A stretch of 64,000 nucleotides of DNA. Origin: Lama glama. Lineage: Eukaryota. Numbering within the stretch: position 1 is the first letter of the stretch; each line of letters opens with the position of its first letter. The DNA lies in NCBI GenBank assembly GCA_028534125.1, contig CM052820.1:4092001-4156000 (forward strand). Reading direction: 5' to 3'. The notes beneath the pieces were generated by a model. It had not been told where the DNA came from, ran no database searches, and saw nothing but the letters and a program-made list of their open reading frames with translations. A program made the position numbers and the translations under genes. This document shows positions 53,496-64,000 of this stretch, in pieces.

Positions 53496-56400
53496 CTCTC
53501 AATGGTACTCACACAATACCACGTTATGTCAGCCACCTGCCACTCATTTGTCCCTATCAGTGATACTGATTCAATGTCTAAAACCCACACTCAGCAGAAA
53601 GAAACACCACCCTTTTGCAGACAGCCAGGTGGAAAAAGCTGCCAGCATTCAGCAAGCACAACTTTTTCTTCCCTACACACACTGGAGAAAATCTCATTTC
53701 CACCCAAACACCACATGGCGCTTCATTCCCACCCAGGCTAACCCACCAGACCCAAACGCTTCCCAGCTTTAACATCCATGCTCTTATGACAAGCCTGGAA
53801 ACGCCTTCACTTCTGCCAGGGGGTCAACACTTCATGTTACCAATGAGGAGCAGGAGGACCCAAACTCCTGAAACAATGTGGGCCCCTCTGGCATGTCGCC
53901 CACTCAGCAGACAGTTTCCGGGCATCCTCCACGGGCCAGACAGGACAAACCGCATCACTGAGGAGATTAAAAGATGAACGTGACCTGATTTCCTCGAGGA
54001 GCCTGCCCTCTTCAAGCTGGAGCGTATACACACAGGGACCTGGGGCACAGAGCAAGTAGCCTCGGGCGTGACCAGAAGGGGCAGGGAAGTCACTGACGTC
54101 AGCCAGGCTGGAAGGGACACCTGGGTGGTGGAAGGTTCGGATGCCGTGAAGGTATGAAATTTAACCTGGAAGCCAAGAACAGCCAACTGAGAATTATTTT
54201 TAAGAGGCTGTGACACATATCAGTAACTAAAAGGCCCCAGACCTACAACCTTTGATTAAGCCTGAACTATTACAAATATAGTCAATAATGTCAAAGGACA
54301 ATTGTGCTCATCCACGGCAGGAAGATTATTTCTTCCCTAAACACGTACACCTGCAACAACCAGATTAAATAAACGTCTATATGAAAACACAGGCTCTTAC
54401 AAAAGTTTGGCCGAGGTAAGCAACTTTGCAGTTACCTGCAGCATTCGCAACCCCTTCCCGTCTTGAGTAAAGGGAACACGTGCTTGGGACTGTCTGTGCA
54501 GATGGCCCGTGGAACTACTGACAACCAGGAGCTCCGATTACATCTTGGAAAGGGCCAGAGAGCCAGCACTGAGGTCCATCAGCCCAGTTCATCTCTCTCA
54601 AGCAAGTTTCTGGACCTCGAAGGTGGCATCTATGTCGTGGGGTCATTGCAGGATGAACTGAAATGACACACACAGTCAAGCACTTAGCACTCTGCTGGAC
54701 ACAGAATGCTCAACAGAGCAGCCGTTGGGCTGAAGTGGGCTCCCTGCCCCATCTCCCCAGGCCCCTCCAAATGCCAGGGCTCAGCCCTGCAGTGCCCCCG
54801 TGTAAGTGCCCTGACCAGGCGTGCCAAGCAGAGTTCTCCTGCTGAGGACCAGGCCATGACCACCTCTCCGAGCCCTTGGAGGAAGCCACACCAACCCCTT
54901 GCAGGGCTGGTGGGGAGCCTGGTTCCCCCTGAGCTGCTGCCCAGCGAGGATAGAGGCACGAAAGCTGGCTAGGGGCTCGACCACAGCCCCGGCTGACCGA
55001 GCTGGCTGGGTCCTGCTGCTGGCATCTGATTTACAACGTGCAGTTGTTAACAGAGGCTTTACCCATGTGAGAACAAGCTTTATTTAACAAGAAGGGCAGC
55101 TGACTCATTTACCTCCACCCCACAACCCCAGACAGACTTTTTAAAGAGAACCAGAAAGGGAACCGCAGACAAGATGCTCACCTGGACCAGGCTGGGCCCC
55201 GGCTCCCTTTGGGTACACAGAACACTTGGGGGGAAGGCCACATCTCACAGAGATCTGACTAGGTAAATCTGAAAACAATCAGTGTTTCCTTAAACTGCAG
55301 AGACTGGCAGGAAAACAAGAAATCTCTCAAAGTCTGAAGTAAAGCGCTAGAAAAAAACACTTTTTCTTTTTTGACAAAATAATGTTTTAAAGCAAGACTA
55401 AGAACAAAATCACATTTCCCATGCCTTCAAACAGCGTCACAGACCCCTTCGTATTTGGGAATCTCAGTGAGCTCTTTCAACTAAAACATACACAACTGGG
55501 TCCATCGTTAAGAGATTTTCCAATCCAGACCCACTTAGAATCGCTCTGAAATGAGCATTAGCCAAAATTTCCTCCTCTTTGCAAGCCCACTCCTCACTCC
55601 AACAACAAAAAGGTTTAAAGATGCCAGACAACAGGGAAATTTTAATTAAATTACGGCACAGTCAAATGCTAGAATATAACGCCAACACGGAAAATCGTAT
55701 CTTCAAAAATTTTTTCCATAACTTTGAAAGCTGCTCCACGTTATGCCCATCAGGTAGTTTTGTAAGTATGACTCCAATTCTGTGTATGTACACACAGAGG
55801 CAGGGGGAAAAACACTAGCTGGATATCCTGTAAAATGCAGAGAATTTTCTTTTTGTTGGGCCAAGCCATTTTAAACCTATTTGCTATGATGTACATGTAA
55901 CTTCCTGATTGGAAATGGTCCTATTTTAAAATCCAGAAAGACTCACGTTTGCCACTGTACCATCCAGGTTCGCGGGCAGGAGCAGAACTGCATGTATTTC
56001 CTAGTTACCGGGATGCTCCGAGCACGCTCAGTTACGGCACCGAGTTCCTACAAACTCACCTGCAGTCCGTGCACCTCACGGCAACGCTCCCCAACGCCGT
56101 GCGGGTGAGTAACCCACACCCTACACAGCTGCACAGAACTGCTTCTGCATGCTTCTGCTCTCACAGGAACAATGCCATCCTGCCACAGTTGAGCAATCCT
56201 CTCAGCTTCCAAACCATCACTGGTGAAGACATAGATCACAGCCATAGCTTTAAATCGACAGAGTGGGAGAGCATCTCATTACAGCACATGAACTTACATT
56301 TCGTTAGGAGGGGCATAAAGGTGCTTCAGGGGGCTGCCGACCTGGCTTCAAATGATTCTATGGTTCAGACCTGACTTTGACCTCAGTTAAATGTTCAGGA

Positions 56401-56618
56401 GGTCATTATCCTTCCCTGAACCTCCAACCTCTCCATTAAGTGAAGCTGGCCCAGAATCTCTCACGGGCTTGGTACAGCCACCCAACGAGCTTACGAATGC
56501 GAGAGCATTCTTGCTAAAGTTCAATACAAATGAAAGGTGGTATCATTGTTGTTAATAATGCTAAGAACAGAAGCAGATTTGAATGGTTGTTAAGCCTCAT
56601 TAAATTAACAGCAGCCCT

Positions 56619-56730
56619 GGGGGAGGGTACAGCACATGCTCGGCACACACAAGGTCCCGGGTTCAATCCCCAGTACCTCCTCTAAAAATAAATAAATAAA
56701 CCTAATTACCTCCCCCTCCCCCCAGAAAAA
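56619..56730 (+). mobile_element. Vic-1-type SINE with internal A-box deletion
   Basis: GGGGAGGGTACAGC joined directly to ACATGCT; B box GGTTCAATCCC and AAATAAACCTAATTACC tail intact. CAGCCCT flanks both ends. Confidence 0.9.
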
Positions 56731-58577
56731 CAGCCCTGACACAATACAGACACTCCTTTTTCTAAGAAAAATAATAGCATCGTCAAAGCCCCACACAGGA
56801 TTCGCTTACTGATTCTGAGTCTTACTGAAAATGACAAAAACTCCAGCCAAGAAGGGGCCTAAAGCCTCACATCACACAGGTGACATCTGACTGCCAGAAA
56901 CCATCGTCTAGAAACCACGCAGTTTTTTTTTTTAAGAAAAGAAAGAAAAGAAAGGAAAACACGAAATCACATCCTCTTTCCAGAAAGTCAAACTACTCTG
57001 CAGGAAGCGCCCAAGACCCCAGAACCGGGCTTCAAGGGTGGGAAATGAAACGAGGCCCCATGAGGCACAATGGGCCAGAGGTCTCTGCACAGCGACCAGG
57101 TGCTCTTAGCCAGGTGCATTCAGTGCTCGGCACCAGCTTTCAAAGTGTTTCATCAGACTTCTGTGGATGGTGCCAGAGAGCTGCAGAGAGACAGCTGGAA
57201 CGGGCAGAACAGCCCTTCACATGGACGCTCGGTCTCGGTCTCTGGAGGGACGGTGTGCAAGCTCCACCAGCATCAGCAGCGGCGTGCAGGTTCCACGGCC
57301 TCCCACAAGCCTCTGCCTCCCGAGGAATCTGGAAGCAGCTTAAATAGCCACCAGGGTGGCCAGGTGCTCTGAGAGCCAGGCCCACAGGAGGCTGAAGCAC
57401 CTTTCAGATCCTCCCCGGGAATTAGCCAGTCCCCTATAGATACAGCCAGCCAATCAGCAGCCTGGCTGGGAGGCCCTTCACGTCCAGGGGCTGCCACATG
57501 CCCAGAAGAACAGCAGCACCACATCCACCTTCTCCATCTAACTGGCCAAGCGTCAAATCAAAACACTATGGGGTTAGCAGTTCAGGCTACATGGTGCCAA
57601 AGCAAAGCTTTCCTGCCGCCAACGCCCCCTCACCTGCAGGCAGAGGGGAGACGGGTGATGCCTGCAGCTGAGCTCTGGACACACTCCTGCCAGGCTTTGG
57701 GAGGTTCTCAATGCTCCTCAACTGCGGCCCTACTGGCTTCTGACTAGGACAGTTGTAGGTTATGGACAACCCACTCTTCAGATCTTTTACCATCGCTGGC
57801 CAATGGCAACGAGAGGGGCAGCAAGGGGCAAACCGGAAGCCTAGGCGCAGAGAAGTAAGAACCATGGTAACCCCGAGAGAACACAGGCCCAGTAGAGACA
57901 GAGCTCGCAGCCCCTCTCCTGAGGATCACTGCTTTGCTGGACGTGCAGGAAGGGTGGGTGGCCTCCCATGCCAGGCGTGTGAAAGGGAGACACCCCATGC
58001 CACTTCCAGGAAGGGTTCTTCTAATCGGGCCCAGGACTTTGGTAGAAAACACTTATAGAGGAAGCCAGCCTCTGCACAGGGGCAGGTGGCCCAGTGCCTG
58101 GACTCGATGCTGCCTGCAGGCGGGTCTGGCTCTCGGCATCGGCTAAGTTCAGCTGCCTCCACTGTGCCCCTGAAATGGGCAACGACACCAAAGGGGTCGG
58201 CCCTGCCCTGCGTAAACACGCCGGCGAGAGCCTCACCCCTAGCAGCTGCACTTCTTAAAACACCTCTTCAATGTCCAGCCAGAAGCTGGGCCCTGGCCTG
58301 GTAACCAGTCACAGTCGGGCGGCGCTAACCCGTCCAGCTGCCCCCCAGGCTTTGGCCAAGCCGGGTCACTCCGGTGGCCCAGGACCCGACCGCACGGTGC
58401 CACTTTCTCGCAGAAGACTGTTGCCCATTATCACATTATCGCCGGCGATCCATCTTCCACGGCAGAGCTGGCGGCGCGCTCGCCTGGCCCTCGGCCTCCC
58501 CCCAGCTCTCGCCCGGCCTTGCAGGGTAAGAAGCACCGCAGTGCTCACTCGGCGGGGCAGCCGCGTGCCACGGCCCG

Positions 58578-58615
58578 GCGCGTGTGTACACACGCACGCA
58601 CACACGCGCGCGCAC
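58578..58615. repeat. 38-nt alternating purine-pyrimidine tract (Z-DNA-prone) containing a 16-bp palindrome
   Basis: GCGCGTGTGTACACACGCACGCACACACGCGCGCGCAC alternates R/Y without a break. GCGTGTGTACACACGC (58580-58595) is its own reverse complement. Confidence 0.8.
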
Positions 58616-59030
58616 CCCGCCGCGCCGGGGGCGCCCGCTCCTCGGCGCTTTCCAGAAGNNNNNNNNNNNNNNNNNNNNNNNNNNNNNNNNNNNNNNNNNN
58701 NNNNNNNNNNNNNNNNNNNNNNNNNNNNNNNNNNNNNNNNNNNNNNNNNNNNNNNNNNNNNNNNNNNNNNNNNNNNNNNNNNNNNNNNNNNNNNNNNNNN
58801 NNNNNNNNNNNNNNNNNNNNNNNNNNNNNNNNNNNNNNNNNNNNNNNNNNNNNNNNNNNNNNNNNNNNNNNNNNNNNNCGCCGCCGCCGTTGCCGCCCCG
58901 CGCCCCGGGGCCCGAGGGCCGCCGAACCCGGGGCGCCGCAGCCCCCGGGGAGCCGGGCCCGCCGGCGGCGGGCGGAGGAGGCGCGAGAAGAAAGGAGCAG
59001 GCGGAGCAGGCGCGGGGCCGGCCCGCCGAC

Positions 59031-59039
59031 TCAGTTCAT
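59031..59039 (-). other. uORF3 (MN*), minimal uORF
   Basis: CCGGCC ATG AAC TGA on the minus strand, with a purine at -3. Confidence 0.6.
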
Positions 59040-59085
59040 GGCCGGGACGCGCGGCCGGCGAGCGAGCGGGCCCCGGCGCCCCGGG

Positions 59086-59100
59086 TCAGCGGGCCCCCAT
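59086..59100 (-). other. uORF2 (MGAR*)
   Basis: ATG GGG GCC CGC TGA on the minus strand, with G at +4. Confidence 0.55.
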
Positions 59101-59180
59101 GGAGCGCGCCGCGGCGGGCGCGGCCGGCCCCGGAGGAGGCTCGCTCGGGCGCCTTCCTGCGCCGCAGCCGCCTTCCACCC

Positions 59181-59207
59181 CTAGGCGCTGCCCCGCCGAG
59201 CAGCCAT
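59181..59207 (-). other. uORF1 (MAARRGSA*)
   Basis: ATG GCT GCT CGG CGG GGC AGC GCC TAG on the minus strand, within the presumed 5' UTR. Confidence 0.55.
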
Positions 59208-59630
59208 TAAAGCCCAGGCAGCCTCCGCGCTCCGAGCGCAGGGGCCGAGGGCCGGCCCCCGGGCAGTGGCCGCGCCGCTCCGGACGCCCGGCCGCGGCGT
59301 GGGTCCGCGCGCTGCGTGCTGCGCCGCCCGGCGCGCCAGGGCCCCTGCGCCGAGCCCGCCGTGCGCCGCCCGCCGAGCCGGGACCGACNNNNNNNNNNNN
59401 NNNNNNNNNNNNNNNNNNNNNNNNNNNNNNNNNNNNNNNNNNNNNNNNNNNNNNNNNNNNNNNNNNNNNNNNNNNNNNNNNNNNNNNNNNNNNNNNNNNN
59501 NNNNNNNNNNNNNNNNNNNNNNNGCTCGCCGCCCGCCGCCCGCCGCCACTGCGTCCTCCGCGGCGCTTCCCAGCGCGCCGGATCCCGGGGAATTGCGCCA
59601 GGCTCCGCCCCGCGCCTGCCTCTGGGCTTC

Positions 59631-59645
59631 CTGGGACTTGTAGTC
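59631..59645 (-). promoter_or_regulatory. ZNF143/THAP11-type ACTACAnnTCCCA promoter motif
   Basis: The minus strand reads GACTACAAGTCCCAG, next to a GC box and just upstream of the presumed TSS region. Confidence 0.7.
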
Positions 59646-61511
59646 CGCGCCGCGCCGCGTCGGCGCCCCGCGCAGACGGCGGGGAGAGGGCGCGCACGCC
59701 TCTCGGGGCTGGCGCGCCGCCGGGCCGGGGGCGAGGGATGGGCTGTCCGGCCGGTGGACCCGCGCGCGGCCGGCCTCCCGCACTAGGCCCTCCGCGAACG
59801 TCTGCGTTGTCCCGCCGCTGTCCCCGCGCCTCAGGACCCGGGAGGCGGTGCGCGACCCCGCCTGCGTTTTTGTTTGTTTCTAAGCAGCTGGCTAGAGGAG
59901 CTTCTGCGACTCACCCTTGTCCCCCGGCCGCACTTTGTTGGCTCCCCTCCCCCTACATCATTAAACTCTCTGCCTGCGTTTGCGAAAGGGACAGGAGTGC
60001 GCCCTCTTGGTAAACCAAATTCCTTCCCGAAGGCGAAGAGCCTCCTTTGCCGTGGCGGCGTGGGTGTTCACACCCCCACGAGTGAACTGAAGTTTAGACC
60101 CGGACTCGAGATGCGGCGAAATACGACGGGGGCTCCTAGGCATCATGTTCCTTAAAGAGAGAGAGAAGGGTATCAGTCTGCAGCCTGTTTTGCGTGGGTC
60201 TCTGGTATGCTGACCCCCTCACCCCAATCCCGCGTAAGCTCAGCCCCGGGGACCCCGCGGAGCTGGACCGCACTGCGTCAGGAGCCCCAAGAGCACAGAG
60301 GGCTCGTCCCGCAGGTGTAAGGTAAATGGGATTATGGCAGATGTGCTGAGCACCGGGACCAATCTTGTGCGCACCGGCCTAGTCCGTGACCCCACGCATC
60401 CAAGTGACCTTTCGGAAACTGGAGCCCGCTGCCCCAACATCCCTGATCAAAGCCAGATGAGCCTTCACCTGGTTCACTTGCAGCCTGGGTCTGGCTTACG
60501 CACCCTAGTCTCCAGCCTCCTTGAGTTACACCCTCCTGGCTCACAACTCTCCCAGACCGATGTGCCAGCCGTCTTCAGCACTCAAGCCTTTGTTCGTGCC
60601 CTCCCCGACATCCCCAATACTAACAGGGCCCCTGACACACTTGGGCAGAGTTCATGGCTTCATCGGTGATAGCCTCTGGCTTTACTCTCATCCTAAGTAA
60701 CTGAGATGCCGCCGATATGGCCTCATCTCACTGCCTATCAGCGATCATTGATAGCTCCCCTCCTTGAAACCCTTCTTCTCCTGGCGGTTGGGGTAACTTG
60801 TTCGCCAGGCTTTCCTACTACCTTCCTGGCTTCTCAGTCCCTTTCGTGATTCCCTCTCACTCCTCTAGCCTCTTAAATATGGGGAGCCACTTAAATACAG
60901 GTCTCTTCTATATGCAGGAATCTCTGTCTTTGTTTTGAATATCATATACAGATTAATGAACCTCAGAGTCACAGCTCCAGCCCAGACCTCGCCCGGCAGT
61001 CACATATTCCTATCTGACTGCCTCCTCAACATGTCTCGGATGCCTGCTGGCAGTTTAAATCTAACATGCCTCAAGCTGAACTCTTGTTATGCCCTGCCCG
61101 TGCTCCCCCTGAAATTTCCGTCCCAGTTATGGGCAGCTTGAGGCCTCCTTTAGCTCAGGCTGGCAACCTGCGGCCACCCGTGATCTCTCTCCCCTACCCC
61201 AGGTAGTGTCAGCTCCACCTCCTGGAGCTCCAGAATCTCACAGCTTGTCACCTCCCCACGGCCACCACCTGCCAAAGCTGTGATCATCTGGCCTCTGGGT
61301 TATGCTAGGTAATCTCTCCAGCCATTGATCTCCTTGCCTCTTACCTTGCGCCCTTACAGTCTGTTCTCAATAAGGCAGCCCTGGTGAACCTTGTTAAATC
61401 TAAATTAGGCCACGTCACACCTCTGCTCAAACTCTCCCGTGACTCCTGTCCCGCTCAGAGGAACATCCGGCTCCTCACGCTGGTCTCCAGAGCCTTACAG
61501 GCATGAGTGCC

Positions 61512-61946
61512 TCTCAAGAGCAGGACAGGGTCTGAGCGTCCCCCAAAGTGGAAGCTGACAGATTAGGCTGCCGCGATTTAATGGATCCTGGCAGAGGCCA
61601 CGAGACTCCTGGGTCAGAAACAAAGGGCTTTACTATTCATAGCAAAAGCAGTAGCTAGAGATCAGCATTTTCATGAGCCGGTTCACAGAGCCCCAGTTCC
61701 CACAGGGCCAAGAGGGTCAGGTGCATGCAGAGTGGCTTGCCTTGTAGGAGAGGGACCTGGGCTTGCGGAACCCCCATCTTTGACATGGGCAGCAAGCGTT
61801 CTGCCCTTACCTGTAACAGGAAGTCCTATCTTCGCCTCCCAAGGCTGTTTGCTCTACAAACATTCTTGAAAAGACAGTTCAGAACAAAGGCAGCCCATGC
61901 CTCTGCCCTCAGACATGCAGAAGCGCGAGAGGGTGTCCCTCCCACT
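61512..61946 (-). mobile_element. ERVL solo LTR (LTR40-like) inserted in L2
   Basis: The minus strand has CTCTCGCGCTTCTGCA...GCCTTTGTTCTGAACTGTCTTTTCAAG...CCCTGTGGGAACTGGGGCTC...CTGACCCAGGAGTCTCGTG, matching the recalled LTR40 consensus. Confidence 0.75.
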
Positions 61947-62137
61947 GCAGCATCTCTACTTCTGCTCCATCCCCCCACCCTGTATCCATGCTGCCTGGCC
62001 TGGCTGCCCCTTAAGTATGCCCGGCACATACACACCTCCTGCATTTGCACGTGGTGTTTCCTCTGTCGGGGATGCTCTTCTCCCAGCAACGTCACCAGCT
62101 CCACCACTTCCTTCACATATTGACTCCAAAGCCACCT

Positions 62138-62215
62138 TCTCAGGGAGGCCCCCTCTGACCCCCACCAGACATGGCATCTCAGGGAGGCCCCCCCTGGCCC
62201 CCACCAGACATGGCA
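62138..62215. repeat. 39-bp tandem duplication (2 copies, 37/39 identical)
   Basis: TCTCAGGGAGGCCCCC(T/C)CTG(A/G)CCCCCACCAGACATGGCA x2. Confidence 0.92.
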
Positions 62216-62252
62216 TCCCTATTCCCCCATACGTGGCGTCTTCCTTCCTTGC

Positions 62253-62727
62253 TGTGGCAGGAAGGACAGTGGCCCCCAAAGATGCCCACATCCTAATCCC
62301 TGAAGCCTATAAATGTGGGATCTGACATGGCAACGGGGCTTTGCAGGTGCGACTAAGTTAGTGAATGTTGAGATGAGGAGATTAACCCGGGCCCAATGCA
62401 ATCACAAGGGTCCTTCTAAGAGGGAGGCAGCAGGGTCAGAGTCAGAGAAGAAGATGTGATGACGGAAGTAGAGGTGAGACAGGGGTTGGAAGATGCTTCA
62501 CTACTGGCTTTGAAGCTGGAAGGAAGGGGCTGTGAACCAAAGAACTTAGGTGGCCTCTGGAAGCTGGAAAAGGTAAGAAAATGGATTCTCCCCAAAGGGT
62601 CCAGGAGGAACACAGTCCTATCCACCCATTTCTGACTCGTGACCTCCAGAACCATAAGATAATACATTTGTGTTGTTTGCACTGCCAAGTGTATGTTAAT
62701 TTGTTACAACAATAGGAAGTTAACACA
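62253..62727 (+). mobile_element. MLT1C/D-like solo LTR inserted in L2
   Basis: TGTGGCAG...GGCCCCCAAAGATGCCCACATCCTAATCCC ... AATAGGAAGTTAACACA. TG...CA termini and a 5-bp TSD CTTGC/CTTAC. Confidence 0.9.
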
Positions 62728-63336
62728 CTTACTCAGGTTCTTGGCACCTGTCCCTATCTGTATGTTACATACTTTACTTATTTATCTTGGGCCTATTCTG
62801 TGTCCCTTACTAGAGTGTAAATGCCACAAGGGCCAGGATTTTTGTCTGCTTTGCTCTCTGTTCTACCCCCGGCACCTAAGGAAGTTCCTACACAGAGTAG
62901 CTACCTATTAAATGCTGGTCAAATTAATGGCTTCCCTATTAAATTGTAATTTCCCTGAGGACAAGGACCATCTCTCTTCTGCACAGTGCTTGGTTCCTGT
63001 GGAGGCAAAGCATATTCAATAAGTTAATGAATAAACAAATACCCTCCTATGGTGAGGGCTCCCCTCTCATTCCACGAGGCACATGGTAGATGATTAGCTG
63101 AACTGAAATGGAATTTAGTTTTTCTCATGACAAGAGACCCAGTGGTATTTACCAGGAGGTTCCTGCAGATTCATCTTATGTGACTGCAACCAAGAATCCT
63201 GGCCATTTTTGATAGGATAGTCCTTCCGAGGACTTCCATTCGTGAGTGAAAACTTGCCTCTGAGAGCCAACCAGCTCTCAAAGTAGTGAGTTTCTCCTGC
63301 CACCGGAAGTATCAAGGAAAAGCCCGATGATCGTCT

Positions 63337-63490
63337 CACTCATTCATTCATTCATTCACTCATTCTCTCATGTATTCACTTCAACAGATCATTACTGATC
63401 CCCTGCTGTGTCCGAGACAGGGCACCACATGCTAGGAATAGAAAGACGGAAAAGGTGATGCCTGCTTTTAGTGAGTCTGTGTTCCAGAGG
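63337..63490 (-). mobile_element. L2 3' end with (TCAT)n tail
   Basis: CATTCATTCATTCATTCA...TCAACAGATCATTACTGA...CTGCTGTGT. Confidence 0.7.
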
Positions 63491-64000
63491 ACTATCTGTG
63501 GATGAGCCATTGCTTTTAGGGTTCAGTTTCTGAATCCAACTTGGAGCTTGTGAGCAGAGAGTAAGTGAGAAAGGCTATGGATGAAGGCAGCCAAGAAGAA
63601 CCACCTCCCTCCATGACACACACACATAAAAACAGGGTTTACACATGCAAACGTCCAGTGGCTCAGAATTGGATGAATAATTCCTGTGATGTCCAAGTAA
63701 AAGTGGGAATCGAGGGCATTCTGCGAGGGACTAGCCATGGACGTCTATGTTCCGCTAACGTGCAGCCAGGTGAGTTGTGTCCTCCATCAGAAAAACTTCA
63801 TAGTCATAACTTTAAACTTCACGGTGTTCACCATCCCCCAAGCCTGCACATCGCCCTACACATGGCTCCACAGCTCTTCCACCTAAATTATCCCTCAGAA
63901 GTGTTTTAGAAAATTTATGAAACATTATGTCTCTGGATTTTTATGTGCTTTATCCATCTACCTGAGCATGAATTGATTTTATTAGATGACTTTGCACGCT

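Larger units (their letters stand above)
1..58658 (-). other. Large first intron of the minus-strand gene (continues beyond position 1)
   Basis: Adjacent to the CpG island on the side the leader points to. No credible coding exon. Old L1 fragments are mostly on the + strand (antisense to the gene) and A-runs appear more common than T-runs on +, as expected for a minus-strand intron (judged by eye). Confidence 0.7.
58659..59523 (-). other. AGAP1: First exon (GC-rich 5' UTR; start codon and splice donor presumed inside the N gap 58659-58878), tentatively AGAP1
   Basis: The minus strand reads ...GGGCTTTAATGGCTGCTCGGCGGGGCAGCGCCTAGGG...GCGTCCCGGCCATGAACTGAG...CCTTTCTTCTCGCGCCTCCTCCGCCCGCCGCCGGCGGGCCCGGCTCCCCGGGGGCTGCGGCGCCCCGGG...GGCGGCGGCG and then enters the gap. 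This resembles my recollection of the human AGAP1 5' UTR just before MNYQQQLAN. The 220-N gap could hold the remaining UTR plus the roughly 163-nt coding part of exon 1. The absence of recognisable coding exons for 58 kb fits a very large intron 1. Recall only; no coding bases are visible. Confidence 0.5.
58300..60400. promoter_or_regulatory. CpG island / main promoter of a minus-strand gene
   Basis: Abrupt switch to very GC- and CpG-dense sequence (CGCGCC and GCCGCC runs), a GC box (GGCTCCGCCC 59601-59610), an ACTACA-TCCCA motif, and two N gaps typical of GC drop-out. Boundaries are approximate. Confidence 0.92.
60740..62930 (+). mobile_element. L2 element interrupted by two LTRs
   Basis: CTCCTTGAAAC..., CTCCAGCCCAGACCTC..., CACACCTCTGCTCAAA..., GCATTTGCAC...TTCCTCTG, CCTTCTCAGGGAGGCC, CTAGAGTGTAAATGCCACAAGGGC: collinear L2 3' landmarks. 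Confidence 0.8.

Noticed and set aside
151-58300. Hundreds of 60-230-aa ORFs in the six-frame track
   Set aside because: They overlap on both strands, are low-information, often lie inside repeats, and show no recognisable protein family. This is expected by chance in GC-rich intron.
58271-60013. 580-aa plus-strand ORF and other long ORFs across the CpG island
   Set aside because: They run through N gaps and are Arg/Pro/Gly/Ala-rich artefacts of stop-poor GC-rich DNA, with no domain.

Overview
Mammalian genomic DNA, almost certainly camelid (alpaca, llama or camel). Three copies of the tRNA-derived Vic-1-type SINE (GGGGAGGGTATAGCTCAGTGG...GGTTCAATCCCCAGTACCTCC...CCTAATTACC) and cetartiodactyl/camelid L1 3' ends are present, and I see no Alu, B1 or Bov-tA. 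The window contains a CpG-island promoter and first exon at about 58.3-60.4 kb, broken by N gaps at 58659-58878 and 59389-59523, of a gene transcribed on the minus strand. About 58 kb of its first intron lies to the left and about 3.6 kb of repeat-rich upstream DNA to the right. From memory the GC-rich 5' leader resembles the AGAP1 5' UTR. The coding part of exon 1 would then lie entirely inside the 220-N gap, so this identification is unverified (about 50%). None of the six-frame ORFs looks like a real protein. The rest is old repeats (L1M, L2, MIR, MLT1, LTR40-like, MER5A, MER20) and younger SINE/L1 insertions with target-site duplications (TSDs). I found no convincing new biological system. 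The best leads are three tandem uORFs in the leader, a candidate internal promoter and alternative first exon at about 25.1-25.7 kb with a near-consensus donor, and a candidate 60-nt symmetric cassette exon at 22.7 kb. Repeat family names come from recalled consensus sequences, not from a search.
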